A DNA stretch of 64,000 nt, from positions 1,502,412 through 1,566,411 of the forward strand of contig OZ316895.1 of NCBI GenBank assembly GCA_973895155.1, read 5' to 3'. The DNA comes from Marsupella aquatica. Taxonomy: Eukaryota; Plantae; Marchantiophyta. Every line of letters starts with the position of its first letter. The stretch's first letter is position 1. Below the pieces are notes generated by a model. The model saw nothing but the letters and a program-made list of their open reading frames with translations, did not search any database and was not told the origin of the DNA. This document shows positions 52,214 through 64,000 of the stretch, piece by piece. The position numbers and the translations under genes are program-made.

Positions 52214-55200
52214 TGTTTAAAGTCATCGACCTCCAACCAAATTCCACCCCCCCCCAAAATGCTCTCACTTCACTCTTTATGTTTCCCCCTCCTCCAGACT
52301 TTTAAAATGATCGCTATAACTCCACATAAATTCAAGATTGCACGCCTCACTCGATGATGATAAGAGTCCTGGCCATGTCCTTGCACCATCCTGGAACATG
52401 CCTTTGATCATGATTGCCATAGCCAACTGGCATTCACCTTGCTTGGTTTTCACACCTGCCAATGAATTTTCACATTTCTAAAATCATTTTTCCCCACAAA
52501 AATGTTGGTTGAAAGTATTTTCCGGGAAAATTCAAATGATCCCAAGGAGTGTTTTGCAATTAAGGAAAATGCCTTGTAGCTGAAGTGGCTACAGTCCATT
52601 CTTTCTAGTTAGGAGAAGAGGCTACCGTATGGAACCATCTTTCAAGGTAGGATGGCCATCTCTCCCCCACCCAAGGTCTATGTTTTTTGGGTAGCAAAAG
52701 TTGTCTTTGAGAAATTGAGGTCAGAATTTGGCAATTTTTTGCCAATTAAAAAATTCTGATCCCCAATGCTTTCTTCTAACATCCACATTCCCGCTAGGCT
52801 TTAAGTAATTTCCAAACAACAACAACCTTCCATTTCCAGGTGGACAGTGGGCCAGACCTATTATCTTGGGACATGTGCTCCCATGGCAGGAGAATAAATT
52901 GCCAATTTCACGGGTACTGGACTGGCCCAAGTGCATCAATTCCTAATGTTTTTGGTGATCTAAAGCTTCCTCAAACCCTGGTTACTTATTGCCCAAAACG
53001 ATTTACCCATTTGCTGCAAGTTTTACCCTCTACCCAATGCTGACATACTCCTTCTCAGTCACATAATGGAAGTCATTGAAATCTTGATTCACTTCCACAA
53101 TGAATCCCAATCACGAATTCTAGTAGAGGCTTGCCTAGATAACACCTTTGAAATTAATCTCAATGTTAGTCCTTGCAAGGCCAGGTGAAAATTGTGCCCT
53201 CCTTTGTTATTTATGATACAAAAATGTGCTTTGTTGTTAGTTTACAGATAGCTTGCTTTGCTTGGCCTTTTTCCCGGGCCTGTCATCTGGCTATTTTCCC
53301 TGTCACCCTTAGTTTCTCCCTGCACACCATCTGTTTCCCTGTCACCCAACAATAAGACCTCTCACCCTTTGTTTCTCCGTGCACAGACAAACTTCACTAT
53401 TGTTTATGTAAAGCCAGGCCCTCACGGCTCTTGGGAACCATTGAAGTCACATATGATGTTCAATTCCCCAAGTGATGAACGCCAGATCGCTCTACTTTAC
53501 AGTTGAGATCAATTATGTGAAAAATAGGGCACACCTTGTAATAGTGGGTTTAGGGTCAATGCAAGCTGAAGCCATTATTTTTGGAGCAAAGGAGATATTT
53601 TGCGCAAATATACACATCTTTAATCATCTAACATCATCAGTCTTTGAATAAACATGTCAGCAACTGCATCAATTTCACATCTTGGACTTGAGTTTTCTGT
53701 TGACCACAATATGGGAAAAAAACCATCCTCTGCAATTAGAGTCAAACGCCTCAAAAAGATTCCATATCGTTTTCCAAAGTAGAGCGACTCTTGATTAAAT
53801 TTGGGCTCGCAAAAGAGGACAGAGTTTAGCTCAGTTGATGACAAATTCTCCGGAGCCTCTCAATCACTTGCTCTACTGGTTACACTCTTTAGAGTCACGG
53901 AATTATTGTGTGGACTAAAACGGTGTCAGATACAATTTAGAATGAGTTACAAAAATTTATATGTGATGTTGAAAAATTGCAGACTCACCAGATTGATCAC
54001 AACCAGAGTAGTCAGTCTTCGTGTAGTAATTTGAAATTGCCTGGATATGATGTTGCCAGCTTAGTATGACACTCTAATGTACGCGTTGGTCCAAAAATAT
54101 GGATCGGATATAATTTGAACTCCTGCAAATAGAGTCGGTTCTTCAGAAACAGCTGGTCTACGCTGTTGTCATTCAAAATCAGATATTCCTGGTCTCTTCC
54201 TTCACTTTTCTGCACGGATGTAGATTGCTGGAGACTTTCGTAAGTTGAATTCTACAAAGACTTTTTGGTGGAGTACCTGATTTCTCAAAGCACCTCAAAC
54301 TAACGTCAATCTCCCAAGCCAGTACTCACGAAGCAGGAAACGTCCAACATCATAGAAATACTATAGCAGCTGCAGCAGTATCTTATCATTGAAGATCATT
54401 CGAGCACTTGGGCAAGTATATAGTATGATGGTTAAAGACGAGTTTTCTATTGAGATTCTATATGGTGGTCGAGCAAATACTTGAGGGGGCTCTGGACTTG
54501 AGTCCTTCCCAGCTTAAATACGGGTCTCATCTCTGGCACAACAGCTTGTTCTCGAACTTATCTGGCCACCACATTTTCCACATGAGGCACTATACAGAGG
54601 GAAATGTTCCACAAGATTTTCAAAACAGGCACCAGTACATATGAAGTCATGAGCTTACAGATAGTATCAAGAAATTATCTTTTCTTATGAATAAGCCAAC
54701 CAATGCTCCAAATAATCGACATGTTTGAGATGCAAAATCGTGCTCCCCTCATGCGTCCTCTTGTTTTATTATAATCGCGTTTCTCTCAAAATTCTTGGGG
54801 ACCAGCTCTAACCAGAAGCAGATCGATCTTCTCTCACGATACCCTAAACATTGTTCATCACGACAACATTTACCAAGAGTCTTCTACCCTCACCTGGAGA
54901 CTCTCTGTCGGAAGGACATCTCAAATTATTTGATTATGTTGAAACTGTTCTCCATGATCGACGGATCTGATGGTTTCAATGTTGAGTGGCTTGTTAACCA
55001 CATTTGGTCGAGCATTTGGTTTCCTACAAAGTGAGTTAGCCAGGCCATCAACCTCGAAATCAACTTTTGACTTTTTAAATCCCTCCATTCACTTCCTCCT
55101 TGTTAGAAGTCTATGACCTCCAGACGTTGTGACCCATGTTTGACCTCATGACTCCAACAGACATCGAGGCTCATGAAGAACCACTTTTTAAGAAACGAAG

Positions 55201-56287
55201 AAAATGCACATTTATGCAAACAAAATGTGTTGTCTGTGTATAAAAAACATTTCAGATCAATTTGTGCAAGTTGCTGCGGTCCATCTGAGCATCTTCAGTT
55301 GTAAAATGTTGTGAACTATGTGAGTTTCAGTTTCTAGTTTTCATATTTATCGTGGGTAAGGCAAAGCAAAATCTATGGGGAAGTAAAAATGAAAATCAAA
55401 GTGAAAGACTGGGGAAATTAAATGTTTTGACAAGACCCTCAAGCAGAATAGGCATAGGAAAAAACAAGGACGTTTAACGAAATGATCTCAAAACTAATAG
55501 TCTAAGCTCGAGTCTAAGTTGTGTTATCTAAGGTGAAGCTAGTTAAATTATTTTGAATCTACTAGTGCAATGCACGTTTGTTGCAGAGTATTTTCATAGT
55601 ACTAAGTGATGTTGAGATCAAGCGTTGTTGAATGAGCATAAAATGAGACTGTCTAGCTACCTGGTTGAGTGAGTTGGTGATCGAGTCATCCTGGCAACTG
55701 GATTTCTAGAAGTGTGGCAACTGGAATTCTAGAAGTGATGGAGTTGCAGGGAGAGTGGCCGGTTGGGCATGGAAAAGATGCTCATTGGCACCTTCAGATA
55801 AATCTCATGATTAAGAAAAGATGTCTTCATAATCCATTCAATGGCCATGGAGGGTTCCTACCAGAATGATATTTCATTAACAGACCATAAGAAAGAAAGA
55901 ACAAGACTGTATACTACACTGTTCAAGTCAGATGTTATCAGAATTAAAAATATTATAATCTTAATGATGTAAAATTCCTTCTTAGTTCTTTGAGTACTAC
56001 CTCTTTTTCATCTTCATAATTATGAAACTTTTGATCCCGTTTTCAGCTTTCCCTGCTACTTCTCGTGAGGGACAGCCCCTTTACTTTCCATATCACGGGG
56101 ATAGTCCCCCAGCCTTGGGTATGCTTAGAGTCATGCTGTTGCCTGACATGACTTCTACTTGTACTTGGCTAGTACTTTATCTTTTGTGGTTTTTTTATTA
56201 TCCCATAAGAACCAAAAGCCCACATTCAAGGAGTAGAGAAGACTAAGACCCTACTATACCCTAAACTGAAAAGTCTCTTAGAATGGG

Positions 56288-56550
56288 AGTATTTGTTTGA
56301 TGGGACCCCAAATGTTAGAATGAACTGTAGAATAGGAGTATTTGTTTGATGAGATCTCAAAATGAAAAGTGTTACTTGATAAGAACTCTTGAGTGATCCA
56401 GACCATTGATTGGCCGTGAATCAATGTACCCAAAACCTCAAGGGTAGTATCAAGTCTGTAAATGTAATACTGTTCATTTGGGGTCCCATCTAGCAAATAC
56501 TATCTCAAGGGCACTATCAAGTAACACTTTTCATTTGGGGTCCCATCTAG
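56288..56550. repeat. Foldback / MITE-like inverted repeat cluster
   Basis: AGTATTTGTTTGATGGGACCCCAAATG pairs with CATTTGGGGTCCCATCTAGCAAATACT. AAATGAAAAGTGTTACTTGATA pairs with TATCAAGTAACACTTTTCATTT. Central CATTGATT...AATCAATG hairpin. Confidence 0.7.
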
Positions 56551-57425
56551 CATTATACATCTGATACAATGGATATCCAAAACATTGATCCAAACTTTTG
56601 CTAACTAAGATCTCGATGTCGTCTCATCACATCCTGGGGTTGAAGAAGGTTGAGATGAGGAGCTGCTTTGGCGAATCTAAGTTCCTTTCGGTCAAATTGA
56701 ACCTGATGCTATCCGGGTCCAAACCGGTGACACGCACGAGCGCGTGCATTCAAGCTCTCAGCCTGACAATGGTCCGAAGTGTACAGGCCGGAGATAGTGC
56801 GGTGCCTACACCCCGCATGAGAGCAGATTACCTACATCACTGGGGACGGGGAACTAAAAGACATCTTGTGGCGATACGGCCTATCGGTGATACCAGTGAG
56901 ATCCCAGCGTGGTCACACGTCTTGGGAAGTCATTGTCAGATAGATTTGTGCCATTACCCCCATGTACCACATTATCATGTTGCTCTTACTCCTGGAAGTT
57001 TTTTTTCAGATATCAGTTTTCTTTTGCGTAAATCCTCACTTTCATTGTGTGAAAATTAAAGTACTTGGTCCATAGGAGCTCTGAGTTCACATATTGTGCT
57101 TCATCCGAGCATCTTAATTTTCCCTTTGGGATATCTCATCATCATACCTTATATAATTCATGAATTTGGAAAGGAAAGAGCCCAAAGTTGTCGGTAAAAC
57201 ATCACATCTACCTGATGATTTTAACAGAATGTTTTTTATTACACTATCTTTCAAATAAAAAGTCAAAAGTTCTAGCTAGCTTTTCTGTGCCTTCAAACCG
57301 AAAGCTGACTTCAAGAGTCTGAGTGGTCTGGCTTCGAATATAGTCTTCCAACTTGAGCACCAAACACCTGTCATGGCTTCAACTACTTTTCGTGCTTTGA
57401 TTAAAAAAGCGTACATTATTATACC

Positions 57426-57753
57426 CTCGGGGGGGTCACTTCCACGGAAGTGACACATCACGTGCGACGAAGTATAGGCCCATTTAAATGGGTGTGGCGG
57501 AAGACTTCCAAAGTTTGGTGGAAGAACACATAGGGCATGTTTTATTGATTGGTCGACTTTAAAGAACACATAGGCCTATTTAATTGCAAAAAATACTTTC
57601 TATAAAGTTTTTAGGGGTTTTTTAATAAAAAATGACAAAATTTTAAGAAAGAAAGGGCTTTGCAAAAAAATATTTTTCACTTTAAAGTTAGGGGGGTCAA
57701 ACCCTAAAACGTCGCACGCGATGTATGACCCTCCATATAGTGACCCCCCCGAG
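57426..57753. mobile_element. Intact 328-bp MITE with ~44-bp TIRs and 8-bp TSD
   Basis: TIRs CTCGGGGGGGTCACT...ACATCACGTGCGACG and CGTCGCACGCGATGT...AGTGACCCCCCCGAG. TSD ATTATACC at 57418-57425 and 57754-57761. Confidence 0.9.
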
Positions 57754-60700
57754 ATTATACCACGAGCAATTCCAATTCTGGAATATATAATTATCTATAC
57801 TTTTTGTGCTCAGATGCAACGAGGTGGATGCCTCAGCCCTCAGATGTCCGAAGAAGCCCCAGCCTCCAAAATAATTAAAAATCTTCGGAGATCATGGAAC
57901 TGCTCTGGTTTCAAGAAAGAACCTTTTCATGAAGAAGCCTCCAGGGTCCACATTCGGAATCCCTGCTGGTAATCATACATCAAAATGTGGCTGCATTCTG
58001 CTGGTAATCACACATCAAAATGTGGCGATTGTGTGATTATTATCACGGTAATGCAGGGGTGTCGTACATAGTATATGTTATATTTTGATGTGCAGTTACC
58101 GCCATTCGGAATGGGTTCAAAGTTCAGACCTCACCAGCTTCTATGGAAAAGGAAGCAACAATGTCCACAACACCACACACGCTCATTACATGTAATCATA
58201 GCAACGGCTTTTGTAGTGACTTATTGTTAGTACTGTAACTCGTTGGAGGGCAGGATTGCTCATTCAAAGCTCCATCGTTCGAGGAAAAAGTGCGTGCAAC
58301 CAAGTCGAGGTTCATGTTGCGGCGGTAAAACGAAGTAATAAGTTACAGCCGTAGGAGGCTGTGAGCACGTACGTGGCATGGCCGCAGTCTCAAAGTGTTT
58401 TCTCCTCCATATCCAAATTGCTGAGTTATGCTGGGTAGCGGTAACGTACTGTCAAACAGGACTGCTGTACTTTAGTATGCCATCTTTTCGTGTTCGAGGA
58501 TCTGATGCCCGTGTTGCTTTTCCTAACGTGATAGAGCGCTCGATCGTATGTAACGATTTATCAGTGAGCTCTTAAAAACTTCGGTGCAACGTGATGCAAC
58601 TGCGAATCACTTACAATATGAGTATGCTGGAACATCCGAATTACTCGTGGAGACAATGGGGGCAACAGTTTCTACTACCCACCAGAGAGCTCAAGAGATC
58701 GAAGCTTATACGGAATACTCTTGAGGAATATTTCTGGATCAAATCCAAACATGAAAATTGAGTGCTCTTCTCACTCACACTCTCGGCTCTATAGTAATGA
58801 AGTGCTGTTGTGTAGTAGCAATGCTTTGAGAACCGTCATGACAGGATAATCAAACCGTTGCGTTCACTGAGATTCTAAGTATTGTCAAACTTCAATCTTT
58901 TTGGTGATCCAAGTATCGCGTGCGTGAAACATTCACTTGGAATAATACTGTCATGTCGTCTGTGATCGATGTAATGGGAGTTGTCCTGTGAGGCACCGTC
59001 CTTTACATTGTTGCTTTTGAATCGACTTTTTTAAGAGGTATATGCCCCCCTTTTGGTTTCTAACCCTTTGAGAATTGAGACCTACGAATTTCAAAAGAAG
59101 AGTGTTTGGTTCTTTCCAACCAACCTAAGATAGCCAAATTTCATTGAGAATTGAGACCTCCAAATTTCGAAAAAGGAGGTTATGGTTTCTTGTCACATTC
59201 TCATCTGTACTATTTGAGCAGAAAACACAGGGTTTTGCTCCGACCAGTCCATGCAAATGTATATCCGAGCATTCTGGCAAAAGTGGCTTGGGCTTTTGAT
59301 TATAGGAACTATGCGGAGATTGTAGGTCGCATCTCAAATTTCCAGCAGCCATCGATGATCTTGAAGTGGACGAGAATAGAGATGGATTGATTTAGTGCTT
59401 CAAGCATCAGTTTTATCGATCTGGTGGGGGTCAGAAAGGTAGCCAGAGCATGAAAGCTTGTCAAAGCATTGAAGAATTCTTGATGCAGGTACAATGGCAA
59501 ATGACAGAAAAGAAGTGGCAGCACCTTAGTTGGATGCAACGAAAGCAAACATTCCAGCTCAAGATAAACCAAGGAATTATCTTCTCGGCACCGAGCTCTT
59601 TGATTTGCACAGAATGTGGACCCATAAACGGTGATCCAGACATAGACGGACATGTAACGGTTAACTATGGTTGCCTTGCAAAACTGTCAGCAACGTCGAC
59701 GATCAATTCTAAACCGAAACACTCAAACCAATATAGCGTCTTACAAGCAAGACTTTCAGCAGCAGAAACTGAGTGATAATTGATTCGAAAGCAGTGCAGT
59801 GCACTGAGCACCTCACAAGCACGATAGGAACATTGAGGATTGATTCTGAACTGAACCACTTCTAAACTTTAACACTCAAAGAAACGTCTACTCTTGCAGT
59901 CAACTATGGAGAAGAGATCCTACAGCTTTCAACGCCTCCAATAGCTTCTCTCCCGCGTGGTACCCTCCCCTAAACCCAATATGGTTAGCACACATTCTCA
60001 GTGTAATTTCTTCAGGAACGGCCGAGTGGCTATTTGAATTGACAACTGGCTGCGACAGGTCTCCAATCTTTACAGGTCATTTTATGGGTCACAGAAATGT
60101 AATCAGTGTCATCCTAGAAAGTTCAGAGGTTCAGGACGGGCATGGGGGTTGCAGCAGTCCATGGGAGCTCGCCGTCCAAAGTCATGGTCCATCCAAGCTT
60201 GAGTTTCCTAGTTTAGTTTAGGTACCAGTTAAACTTACAGGGTGTTCGTTGCCATTTTTATGAAACTCTAAAAGTCTCTTTATCCTTGGGAATCCTGGAC
60301 CTTAATTAGTGGACCAGTGGTGACAATTTTTATGGGATAGTCAACTAATGTACAGAAATTATGCAATAGCTCATTTTAAGCAACTTAGGATGGTGACATT
60401 CTCAGGATGGCTTTCCAAGATGTGCCCACTGCTTTACCCTGGGAAATTCTATCTTGTATGTAAGGAAGGATGGGAAGAGGGCGTGCCCCAGTGCTTCGGC
60501 ACATGGAGCTTCGATGCGGCTGTACCCCTTCCACTAACTAGGGAAATCATTGCTCCGTTCATTTCAACCACATGAGACAAATGACATAATGGTTAGACCA
60601 GAAACTATGTTTTGTTGGGTCCTTCTCGACTTCATGCTTCACATATGGTTTGTGGGCTGACACATTGCAGCTGACGAGATTCCCACGGGATCGAGCTTTC

Positions 60701-61380
60701 AAGTTCGGAATCCAAAAAAGATACCACTGATTAGGCGCAGTAAATCAGCTGTAATTGACTTTGTTGCTGGGTCTGAATCCATGATTGGGTGATAAGCCTG
60801 CTGTCCTAAAAGGTCACTGGTTAGAAATGTAGCTGCTCGTGTAGCTGTAACAGATCCAGATCGAGCGAAACTGAGTACGTTGAACATAGGATAAATATAT
60901 AACTTGGTAGTCGTCTCATCTCTACAGTGCTGCTGTCTACTTGGCTACAATGGCGACTTCCCTTCAATGCATCGCTTCGAGATCTTTCGACTACTGCTGG
61001 TACAGGGCCTACCGAGCACATGATGTGCGTGGTCGTGTTGACGGTCGCTTCAACCCACACTTCCTCTTTGGCGTGAACAGAGAATTCGAGCAGGTAATTA
61101 AGATGCGATATGCAATGATCCTGGATAATGCGATCTCCATCGAGACCCAGGAGTTTTCTTCTTTCATCGGACAAAGGTAAGGGTCTGCTCCTGAGTGTAC
61201 ATAATTTCCAGAGAAAAAAGTAGCCTTTGAGGGTTAAAAGCAGGGCGAGTGAAAGATCTCGATCACCAGTCTCGTGCCGAGTTGGGGGTACGATCGAGGG
61301 GGATCCAGGAGCACGAAAACTCGAGTATATTAGCCTACGAGTTGCCTGGCTGGTCATTGGTGGCCTGGAAGGGGGCTCGG

Positions 61381-61388
61381 TATAAATA
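61381..61388 (+). promoter_or_regulatory. TATA box of the WAT1-like locus
   Basis: TATAAATA lies ~165 nt upstream of the ATG at 61547. Confidence 0.45.
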
Positions 61389-61546
61389 CAGGTTATTCGA
61401 CCTCGTCTGAAGAAAACCGGCGTCTGATTTACGTATGCGATCTCGATCTGATGATCGTATCAATTATTTCGGTGGCGCTTCTGGAGAATTGAAGCAGTCT
61501 ATTGACTGACTTGCCGAGTGTTAATTAGTAGCGGTGGGGATTCAAA

Positions 61547-63578
61547 ATGGGGCACACGACAAATGTAAATCTGGTCGGATATAATGGAAACGATTCTAAA
61601 GAGTCGGAGGGTCCGAAATTTGTAATGGAGGCCCAACGGAGAACCAGCTCAAGGCGAACTGTACACGTGCATATATGTAGTTCTTTTGGTGCTGCAGGCG
61701 GGCTATGCTGGACATCAGGTGCTCAGCAGAGTTGCCCTTACAAGTGGACTCAGTCAGTTTGTGTACACCATCTATCGGAACGGAATTGCATTGGTGCGAT
61801 GGCCCCCTTTGCCTACGTTCTTGAGAATTAAGCAACCAATTCATGCAAATTCTAGAGTACTTCAGCAGTATTTGCAGGGCAGCGGCATTTGAGTGTATTG
61901 ATCACTAGCTAGATCCGCAAAGAATGGACATCCAGTGTCCGAGAAGAAGTAAGCATGTCCTCGTGCTTTTCACGATTCGCAGGCCCTTAGCTCGTACCGC
62001 TCTCCGTCTGACTTGCAGGAAGGACAGGCCCCTATGACTCTGAAGCTGCTCTCCAAATTCTTTCTGCTTGCTGTTACTGGGTACTTAAGAAGACAAATCT
62101 GTCCTTTCTTGTGCTCCTTGCAGTTTCTTGTGTGATGCCCTCCATCGCTGTTCTCGTTGCTAGCTTTATTCCGTTTTAGTGGTTTTGTTGAAATTCAGTT
62201 TATGATTCAAGCAGTGAACTCTGTCAAGGAGAAAAAAAAAATCTTAGTCCATACTTAAAGTAAGACTGTCGGGAAGACTGTCAACTACGGTAACTTAGGG
62301 TTCGAGTGGTGTTATTTCCATTGTATCGATTGAGCAGGATTGTCGGCAGCCAGCAACTTTTCCTCGTCGGATTGGCCTACACGTCGGCCACATTCGCTGC
62401 TACAATGCAAAATGCCATTCCCATGTTCACGTTCCTTTTGGCATTGATGCTTGGGTAAGTGTCTAAAAAAGGCTCTCTGGATAACTCCCTTAATTTAGAG
62501 ATTGATCTCCTAACCTTCACACTTCGCAACTAACTTCACGCATTCACACACAGTGCGGCAGCGCCATAAAGTGCTAGCTTGAAGAGAACTGACGGTGACT
62601 CTTGTCAGCGTATCAACGTTTAGCCCAGCGCGCTTAAATCGATTATCGCACTTAAGTTTGGGCGTAAACTCGGGGCGACTCACCCGACCAAATTGGCCTG
62701 TCCTTTCTTCAAGGGAGGTTGAATAATAATTATTAATGCTATAACTTGAGGACCTGGACTTTCCGAGCTCGAAATAGCTTACATGGCTCAAAATTTGCCA
62801 GAGGCCTATCCAGCTGTCGGTCGTGAGTGTATGCGAGCTACCCTAAATGCACCTGGAAGTCACTTTTCTCAAGAATTAATCGAATACAAACATTTTCATC
62901 ATCAATTTCTGAGCAGGTCATTTTATTCAGTGGTTTACGCTCAATTTGTCTTGGATGGTATCCGAAAGAAAAATCATTCAAACTGTATACTCCGTGACAA
63001 CTCACATTACTTGGAGATGAGATGTGGTATAATGCTAAGAACATAGGTAGATAACGTGGAGCCAGCTGCCAGTTGAAGTTTGCCTGGGATTTGCCTGGGA
63101 TCTTGCTTGTGTGCAAACTTGTTCGTTTTGATTCGTATCATTCAATTAGTTGGTATAGTCAGTTACATCAAGCATTGCATCCTTCAACCAGAATGATGGA
63201 CAATCTTGTACCGCATTAGTCTTAGATACATGCCCGGATACATGGCTGTAGAACACCTCACGCCTGACTGAATGATGTTGACATTGAACATGTCACAGGC
63301 TTGAGAAGGTGCGAGTCCGTAGATTGGATGGGAAAGCGAAACTTCTCGGCACTATAGCGTGCGTCTCAGGTGCTGTGCTGATGTCTGTGTGCAAGGGCCC
63401 TGCAGTGATCGAGGGCTGGGCTCAAGAAGACCGAGAGACAAATGACATTAAGCTCAAAAGTATACTGGGCCACACTCTCGGATCGCATGCCCTCCGGTTG
63501 GGAATCGACATGTATCGATTGGGAGGCCTCTGTCTTCTCGCAAACTGCATGTCCTGGGCTGCCTACTTCATTATGCTG
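61547..63578 (+). pseudogene. WAT1-related / UMAMIT (EamA, MtN21) transporter pseudogene; exons 1-4 visible, 3' part not seen in the window
   Basis: Exons ~61547-61827, 62019-62080, 62338-62454, 63299-63578 give LQAGYAGHQVLSRVAL...YRNGIAL..MAPFAYVLE / KDRP.MTLKLLSKFFLLAVTG / IVGSQQLFLVGLAYTSATFAATMQNAIPMFTFLLALML / LEKVRVRRLDGKAKLLGTIACVSGAVLMSVCKGP. Lesions: frameshifts near 61677, 61797 and 62032. The exon-1 donor reads TTAAGC instead of GTAAGC, and the exon-4 donor is GC. Confidence 0.85.
62578..62713 (+). other. Candidate multi-hairpin structured RNA element in the WAT1-like intron 3
   Basis: A basal stem CTTGAAGAGA/TTTCTTCAAG closes five abutting hairpins (see findings). Confidence 0.35.
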
Positions 63579-64000
63579 GCATGTCTCTTTCTAGGGCATT
63601 CGTTCTACTTTCAACTACTTTCTTCCTTTCGAGTCTGCAGAATGATGTTCGCTGGTGCATGTTTGGAACATAACTCACCTATGCCCTGGAGTTTACTCGT
63701 TTCGCTTGAGACTCCCCGAAGCCAGTGGAGGGACATCCCTAAGACTGTGGGCTAGCCAATGCTGTCACCCCAAACGAGCTTCCCATTTGCTGAGATACTG
63801 AAACAATGAAGGCAAAGTGTTGGCAAACTCAACAAAGTCTGAGTCATCCAAACACCCCAAATTTATCTTCATCCCCTCAAACTATTGCCGCTGCAGCAAA
63901 GCGCGTAAAGCGGCCCAATATATACCTTTAAACTTGCGTAAATGAACAAATGGATCATATCAAGGTCAAGTCTCTACATAAAACTTGGAATCAAGATTGA

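Noticed and set aside
51928-52305. 125-aa repetitive ORF
   Set aside because: It is simply the translation of the 102-bp tandem repeat, whose unit length is divisible by 3.
60668-60705. CTGACGA + GATTCC/GGGATC stem, hammerhead-like
   Set aside because: It is followed by GAGC rather than GAAA, and no stem I/III with an NUH site is present.
60821-61357. 178-aa minus-strand ORF
   Set aside because: No recognisable domain. It lies in the promoter region of the WAT1-like locus and cannot be supported from sequence alone.

Overview
This is eukaryotic nuclear DNA from a land plant. Gene style and TE content suggest a non-seed plant such as a liverwort or moss, which is an inference. Four gene loci are recognisable. 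(1) A 24-exon GH63 / ER glucosidase I (GCS1-like) gene on + (5011-14156) has intact catalytic motifs, but several normally conserved active-site motifs are replaced. (2) An intronless, bacterial-type GT4 (AviGT4-like) glycosyltransferase on + (41216-42379) is a strong horizontal-transfer candidate. (3) A PHD-finger + ELM2-like + CW-like chromatin protein gene on - (50608-47531) has a GC-AG intron and a duplicated unnamed N-terminal motif. (4) A WAT1/UMAMIT (EamA) transporter pseudogene on + starts at 61547. The intergenic space holds a CRE-clade (RLE-type) non-LTR retrotransposon with a 10-bp TSD, an inverted 5' half and no RT domain. It also holds a Ty1/copia RT-RNaseH remnant, an intact 328-bp MITE with an 8-bp TSD, a ~935-bp TIR element, several tandem and foldback repeats, and two candidate structured RNAs. 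No rRNA, tRNA gene or CRISPR array was seen. All family assignments come from motif recognition by eye, not from database searches.
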